A stretch of 64,000 bases of DNA. Origin: an uncultured Candidatus Saccharibacteria bacterium (GTDB taxonomy: Bacteria > Patescibacteriota > Dojkabacteria > SC72). The notes under the pieces are model-generated. The model saw nothing but the letters and a program-made list of their open reading frames with translations. It ran no database searches and had not been told where the DNA came from. The stretch covers positions 165,584-229,583 of the forward strand of contig CAYOME010000001.1 of the NCBI GenBank assembly GCA_964405015.1. Reading direction: 5' to 3'. This document shows, one piece after another, positions 60,001 to 64,000 of this stretch (positions within the stretch are counted from its first letter, which is position 1; each line of letters starts with the position of its first letter). The translations under genes and the position numbers were made by a program.

Positions 60001-63000
60001 GTACTGGTACCTTTACTGCAAATGGTGGAAATGCATCAGATTCTAACTCTGATGGTGGAGGTGGTGCAGGTGGAAGAATTGCTCTGTATTTCACAACAAA
60101 TAATGCAACTCTTGCGACATTAACAGCTGATGGGGGTAGACCATCAACCTCCAAAGCATACGGTGGTGCTGGAACTATATATATTAAAGACAATGATGAG
60201 CCCAATGCAGATTTAATAATTGACAACAATGAAACCTCGTGGAATACAGCCCTAACTTCTATTGCTCCGACCCCAATAAGTACAAACCTTAACTTAAAAA
60301 ATTTAACAATCACTGATTTTGCCCGGGTTGAAACTTCAAATACCATAAATGTTGTAAATGAATTATTCTTAGGTCAGAAAGCATATTTTGTAAATACTGG
60401 TAATGTGTCCACAAACACATTCAATATTTTAGAAGCCTCTACATATCTTAATCAAGCAACATCATCAATAACTTACAACACACTTAATTGGACTGGAGGT
60501 AACGTTACTGATAATGGAGGAAACTTTGCACTTTTAAGTTCAGGCGATAATTTGCTAATACCTATCGGATCGACCCTGTATGGAAATGTCCAAAGAACAT
60601 TTACCGGTCTTACTGTGAATGGAGTTTTAACCCATACAGAAAATGGATCAACACCTCAATATAAACTAGATTACATAGTAAATGGAGATTTACTTGTAAG
60701 TTCAACTGGACAAATAAATGTAGATCTTAAGGGATATGCAATGAGTGAAGGACCCGGTGCGGGTGGAGATAGTGGTGGTGGTGGGGGGGGTGGATACGGA
60801 GGTAATGGTGGAAATGGACAAACTGGAGCTGGTGGTCAAGCATATGGAAGTATGACAGAACCAACCGATCTTGGTAGTGGTGGTGGATATGGTTCAAACT
60901 GGAGAGGTAATAGCCGAGGAGGTGGAGCTGTTAAACTTACAGTTTCTAATTCACTTACGGTAAATGGTTCAATCATTGCCAACGCCGGTGGTGGTGGTGA
61001 TGGTACGGACAGGGTACCAGGAGGTGGAAGTGGTGGATCAATTTGGTTAATAACTGGAACACTTGCGGGTACTGGTACAATTACAGCAAATGGTGGGAAT
61101 GGAGGAAATTGGAACTCTGACGGTGGTGGTGGTGGTGGTGGAAGAATAGCTTTGTATTATAAAGAAAACACTTCAACATTTAGCCTATTTACCGTTAATG
61201 CTGGTACTGGAGGTGGAGCAGCTTTAAATGGTTCTGTAGGAACAATATTCCTTGGAGGCTTCCCAATGAATCCAATAAATATGGCTCAATACAAAATAGA
61301 TGGTGTAACTGGTATCGGGGCAGGTGCAGCTACAAACGAAAACAGTATGAAGATAAAATTCCAAATGATGGACCCTAATAATACAGATACACTAACACCC
61401 GAAGTAGAATTTGTACCTTTAGGAACCGCATTTAGTAATGTAGCAACAAATACAGGAACTCCAGTATCTTACACGGGTGCAGCAGTAAATGGAGAAGTAG
61501 AAGTAACAGGATTAGCAGATGGAAGCTCATACCACTGGCAAGCAAGAATATGTGATGCAACAGCTCTTTGTTCTGATTGGACTAGCTTTGGAAACAATAC
61601 AGAGGCGGAAGCTGATGTAAGAGTAGTAATGAATGCAGATCCAAATTCACCAACAATACCCGAATCCTCTTTCTATATAAACGCACAATATACTAACAAT
61701 CTTCAACCTACATTAGGATTTGTAATTACAGACTCAAATACCGTTGACTCAGTAGGATATCAGATACAAATAGCAACAGATGCTGACTTTAATACGATCA
61801 TTACAGATTACACCTCCGCAATGGCTGCACAAGGCACACAAACCTTTACAGTAGGACAAGCAGCAGGAACAGGAACATATGCTGAAGGAGCTGAATCTCA
61901 AGAACTTACAACTGGTGGATATTACTGGAGAGTCATGGCTATTGATGATAAAGGTGGAACATCAGATTGGACTGTTGCACCAGGTACACCATCATTTAGA
62001 ATAGATCTTTCGAGACCAACAAATGCAACCTCAGTATTTGTTAAAGCATATGCAGGAGCTACAGATCAATATTCAGAAGGAGCTGAAAACGTCTGGTTTA
62101 GAAGAAATGATCTTTACTTTAGTTGGACAGCAGGTACAGATACACAAGGGGTAAAAGGTTACTGTATATATGTTGGAGACAACCCCAATGGAGATCCAGC
62201 AACAGAGAAAGGATTGCTAGGATCATCCCCTATTAGTACTACAGGTACAACATGCCAATTCATTACTGACCAAACAGAAATTGATTTCTCTAATTCCGCT
62301 CTCAGAAGCTATGAATGGTTAACATCGAGTAATACAAAATATTACTTCAAGGTAAAAACTATAGATATCGCAAACAATGTATATGAAGGACCAGATGTAT
62401 CAAACTATGTATCTTTCAATTTTGATAATACAGCTCCACAAAATGTAACAGCAATATCAACACCAAGTATTGTATTCTCAAATATTGCAGATATGTTCTT
62501 TAGCTGGACAACTGGAACTGCAGGAGCCTCTGATGATAATTCACAAGTATTAGGATTCCAATATGCTATTAACACAAGAGATACTTGGTGGGGCAATGCC
62601 ACAGATACCTTCACAGGGGTAACATATTCTCCAATGGATAGGACACAACCTCTATATCTACCAGAGGAAGTACATAGTTCTGTTCAATTAGGACAAAATA
62701 CTGTCTACTTTAGAGTTGTAGACCATGCAGGTAACTACTCTGAATTAAGAACAGCTGTTCTTAACTATGGAGGAGAAGCTCCTAAGTTTGCACAAGGAGA
62801 TGAGATAACTGTAACTCCAGTGGAAAATACCACCAACACATTTGCATTCAGCTGGCCAGCAGCAACAGCATCAGTTGGAAATACAGTAGCTACATACTAC
62901 TACATGATAAATACACCACCACCAGCATCATATTCAACAATTACTTCTAACTCAGCAACATATATAGCTACTACAGAAACATCTCTTGAAGAATTCTTGG

Positions 63001-64000
63001 TACCAGGACTAAGAAAGGGAGCAAATACAATATATATTGCTGTTGTAGACGAAGCAGGAAATTACTCACCAACAAATGCACTCTCAGCAACCTTTAACTT
63101 GAATTCTGAATTGCCAGATTCTCCATTAGATGTTGCAGTTGCAGATATTTCGATAAAAGATGTATCTATTTGGAGAGCAGCAGTTGTATGGAGTGAACCA
63201 GAATATCAAGGTACAGGGACCTTAACATACCATGTATATAGATCAGAAGATGGAGAGACATGGGAAGAAATTGCAACCACAACAGGTCTTACATATGTAG
63301 ACACAGTCCCAGAATCAAAAACATATTACTGGAGAGTAGCTACAACAGACAACTCCGATGAATCTATAGCAAGTCCATCAATATCAAATGGGGTTTCATT
63401 GGTACCAAGAGGAAAATATCTAGTACCACCAGATCTAACATCAGGTCCTGCAAGCTCATCAATATCTACAACTAAGGCAACAATATCCTGGACTACAAGT
63501 AGAATTGCAGATAGCAAGGTAGCATTTGGTTTAGAAAGTAACAATTACTTTGAATCCGAATCCTACAATTCTTCAGAAGTAACAGAGCACAAAATTGTAC
63601 TAAGCAACTTAACACCAGGTACAGAATATTTCTACAAAGCAAAATGGACGGATGAGGATGGTAATACAGGATCAAGTGATGAATTAACATTTACTACAGA
63701 ACCTGCACCTCAAGTGAAAGATGTAAGGATTAGTAATAGAGGAGTAAGTGGAGCAATAATTAACTTTACGACTGTTAAAGCAAGTAGTGTAAAAATATAT
63801 TACGGAACAACTACAAACTTTGGTGGAGTAAAAGAGATAGCTACATCTAAATTAGAAACATCATATGCCTTAGAATTGAATCAACTAGATGATGGTACCA
63901 AATATTACTACAAGATAAATACACTTGATGAAGAAGGAAAAGAGTATGAAGGTACTACTCTTGATTTCACTACATTACCAAGACCAAGAGTCTACAACAT
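57009..64000 (+). CDS. giant secreted/surface protein (>2300 aa, 3'-truncated): four glycine-rich repeat modules followed by FN3/Ig-like domains
   Basis: ATG at 57009 gives MKKLPRIQ...signal/TM...AAATIYWDGGGDGTSWSNALNW. The same frame reads as open at the start, in the repeats and at the window end. It is absent from the ORF track, consistent with having no in-window stop. Confidence 0.85.
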   Translation, partial: MKKLPRIQIKNINRRILVTITAIILLVPLLIVSLPYIKVWQARAAATIYWDGGGDGTSWSNALNWNTDVVPSPTDEVLIDTASTVNITDPITVTSLTLGKSDGSAATVLQFSYDAVTLGALTITGSEFRLNPGAIVRHVDYNGVNPAKVNIDVQTGNALILGSINVDARGYRAGDGPGQGTDGGDGGGGAAYGGNGGRAQQGYAGGTGYGVYTLPTEFGSGGGNRSGYASTGGHGGGVVKLSVGGTLTVTGTITADGNVGANSGDRKPGGGSGGSILITTGTITGNGIVKANGAQGGDSNYDGGSGGGGRIAIYYTTNTSSFSTLAAAGGNSTLAGSAQYGGAGTIYMKTPSQTNGDLIVSNNASGWSTNLSAEVPYTPLPSALTLDNLTISKFANVNYTDTLTVGTTSEVSYYAYLNLTGTATLNTFNINNSGHFFSQVTATTTYNTINWTGGIITDNGGTFALVSGGAALSIPTGSILNGNVQRTFTNVTVDGTLSHTENGATPTNKLDYIISGNLTVNLSGRINVNEKGYAPSQGPGQGVDQEGAGGGAYGGNGGNGANGVGGTAYGSLTIPTDLGSGGGLRSGSGVYGGGAVKLTVTGTTTINGDITSNGGYGDDGSDRDPGGGSGGSILIYTGTLTGTGNINANGGNTKDTNYDGGGGGGGRIALYFTNDTSTFASLTADGGRPGAGGRYGGAGTIYLKDNDDTYGDLIIDNNEPSWYTQYYYVALTPLPSNLTLKNMTIADFSIIESSQSLSVTGDLNISKYSHFKNIGTATLNNINITDNGWYYNESGSTTTYTTINWTGGIITDNGGTFALLSGGNDLSIPTGSTLNGNVQRTFNNVTINGTLTHTENGATPVYKLDYIVNGDLLVTSSGQINVNLKGYAMSEGPGAGADGSGGGGAGYGGYGSNGDNSVGGQAYGSITQPTDLGSGGGYGSNWGGNSRGGGAIKLSVAGTLTVNGSIVSNGANGNDGTDRVPGGGSGGSIWITTGTLSGTGTFTANGGNASDSNSDGGGGAGGRIALYFTTNNATLATLTADGGRPSTSKAYGGAGTIYIKDNDEPNADLIIDNNETSWNTALTSIAPTPISTNLNLKNLTITDFARVETSNTINVVNELFLGQKAYFVNTGNVSTNTFNILEASTYLNQATSSITYNTLNWTGGNVTDNGGNFALLSSGDNLLIPIGSTLYGNVQRTFTGLTVNGVLTHTENGSTPQYKLDYIVNGDLLVSSTGQINVDLKGYAMSEGPGAGGDSGGGGGGGYGGNGGNGQTGAGGQAYGSMTEPTDLGSGGGYGSNWRGNSRGGGAVKLTVSNSLTVNGSIIANAGGGGDGTDRVPGGGSGGSIWLITGTLAGTGTITANGGNGGNWNSDGGGGGGGRIALYYKENTSTFSLFTVNAGTGGGAALNGSVGTIFLGGFPMNPINMAQYKIDGVTGIGAGAATNENSMKIKFQMMDPNNTDTLTPEVEFVPLGTAFSNVATNTGTPVSYTGAAVNGEVEVTGLADGSSYHWQARICDATALCSDWTSFGNNTEAEADVRVVMNADPNSPTIPESSFYINAQYTNNLQPTLGFVITDSNTVDSVGYQIQIATDADFNTIITDYTSAMAAQGTQTFTVGQAAGTGTYAEGAESQELTTGGYYWRVMAIDDKGGTSDWTVAPGTPSFRIDLSRPTNATSVFVKAYAGATDQYSEGAENVWFRRNDLYFSWTAGTDTQGVKGYCIYVGDNPNGDPATEKGLLGSSPISTTGTTCQFITDQTEIDFSNSALRSYEWLTSSNTKYYFKVKTIDIANNVYEGPDVSNYVSFNFDNTAPQNVTAISTPSIVFSNIADMFFSWTTGTAGASDDNSQVLGFQYAINTRDTWWGNATDTFTGVTYSPMDRTQPLYLPEEVHSSVQLGQNTVYFRVVDHAGNYSELRTAVLNYGGEAPKFAQGDEITVTPVENTTNTFAFSWPAATASVGNTVATYYYMINTPPPASYSTITSNSATYIATTETSLEEFLVPGLRKGANTIYIAVVDEAGNYSPTNALSATFNLNSELPDSPLDVAVADISIKDVSIWRAAVVWSEPEYQGTGTLTYHVYRSEDGETWEEIATTTGLTYVDTVPESKTYYWRVATTDNSDESIASPSISNGVSLVPRGKYLVPPDLTSGPASSSISTTKATISWTTSRIADSKVAFGLESNNYFESESYNSSEVTEHKIVLSNLTPGTEYFYKAKWTDEDGNTGSSDELTFTTEPAPQVKDVRISNRGVSGAIINFTTVKASSVKIYYGTTTNFGGVKEIATSKLETSYALELNQLDDGTKYYYKINTLDEEGKEYEGTTLDFTTLPRPRVYN
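57400..61260 (+). repeat. four ~1062-1068-nt intragenic tandem repeats
   Basis: 32-nt identical blocks at 58353/59415 and 59661/60729; AACCAACCGATCTTGGTAGTGG at 59791/60859. Confidence 0.88.

Noticed and set aside
957-63690. Numerous short antisense or alternate-frame ORFs in the track (e.g. 957..1283, 5862..6395, 7643..8206, 57467..57907, 59768..60346)
   Set aside because: They are shadows of well-supported genes on the other strand or frame. The Pro-rich ones simply mirror Gly codons of the giant gene.
1-64000. CRISPR array, integrase, transposase, DGR/retron reverse transcriptase
   Set aside because: No regularly spaced short repeats or such proteins were seen; the long repeats found are intragenic.
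1-64000. Alternative genetic code (UGA=Gly/Trp as in Gracilibacteria/SR1)
   Set aside because: Conserved genes are full length in code 11, and TGA ends genes at expected positions (e.g. ftsI, truB).

Overview
AT-rich bacterial chromosomal segment in the standard genetic code. Its gene content points to Patescibacteria/CPR, possibly Dojkabacteria, but that assignment is an inference: compact genes, a trigger factor apparently lacking its FKBP domain, a sortase, giant surface proteins and almost no Shine-Dalgarno motifs. From ~4 to 49 kb it is mostly housekeeping: a dcw cluster (ftsW, murG, a murB fragment, mraZ, rsmH, ftsL, ftsI, mraY), tatD, rsmI, truB, rarA, tyrS, an RSH gene, recG, thrS-infC-rpmI-rplT-pheST, a class A PBP, hisS, mutS and tig-clpP. 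There are two tRNAs, Leu-TAA and Val-GAC. A patch of small stand-alone enzymes follows tRNA-Val (49-57 kb), then an unannotated glycine-rich repeat surface protein of >2300 aa runs off the right edge. Most notable observations: an in-frame MurB(N)-MurA(C) chimera; two terminator/antiterminator switches placed on the stop codons of tyrS and rplT; many apparently leaderless genes; intact enzymes with substituted catalytic motifs (PEP-synthase-like, MraY, RSH); a start-less Cys-rich winged-helix ORF; and a membrane protein with phage-tail-fibre-like HxH repeats. No CRISPR array, integrase, transposase or reverse transcriptase was seen.
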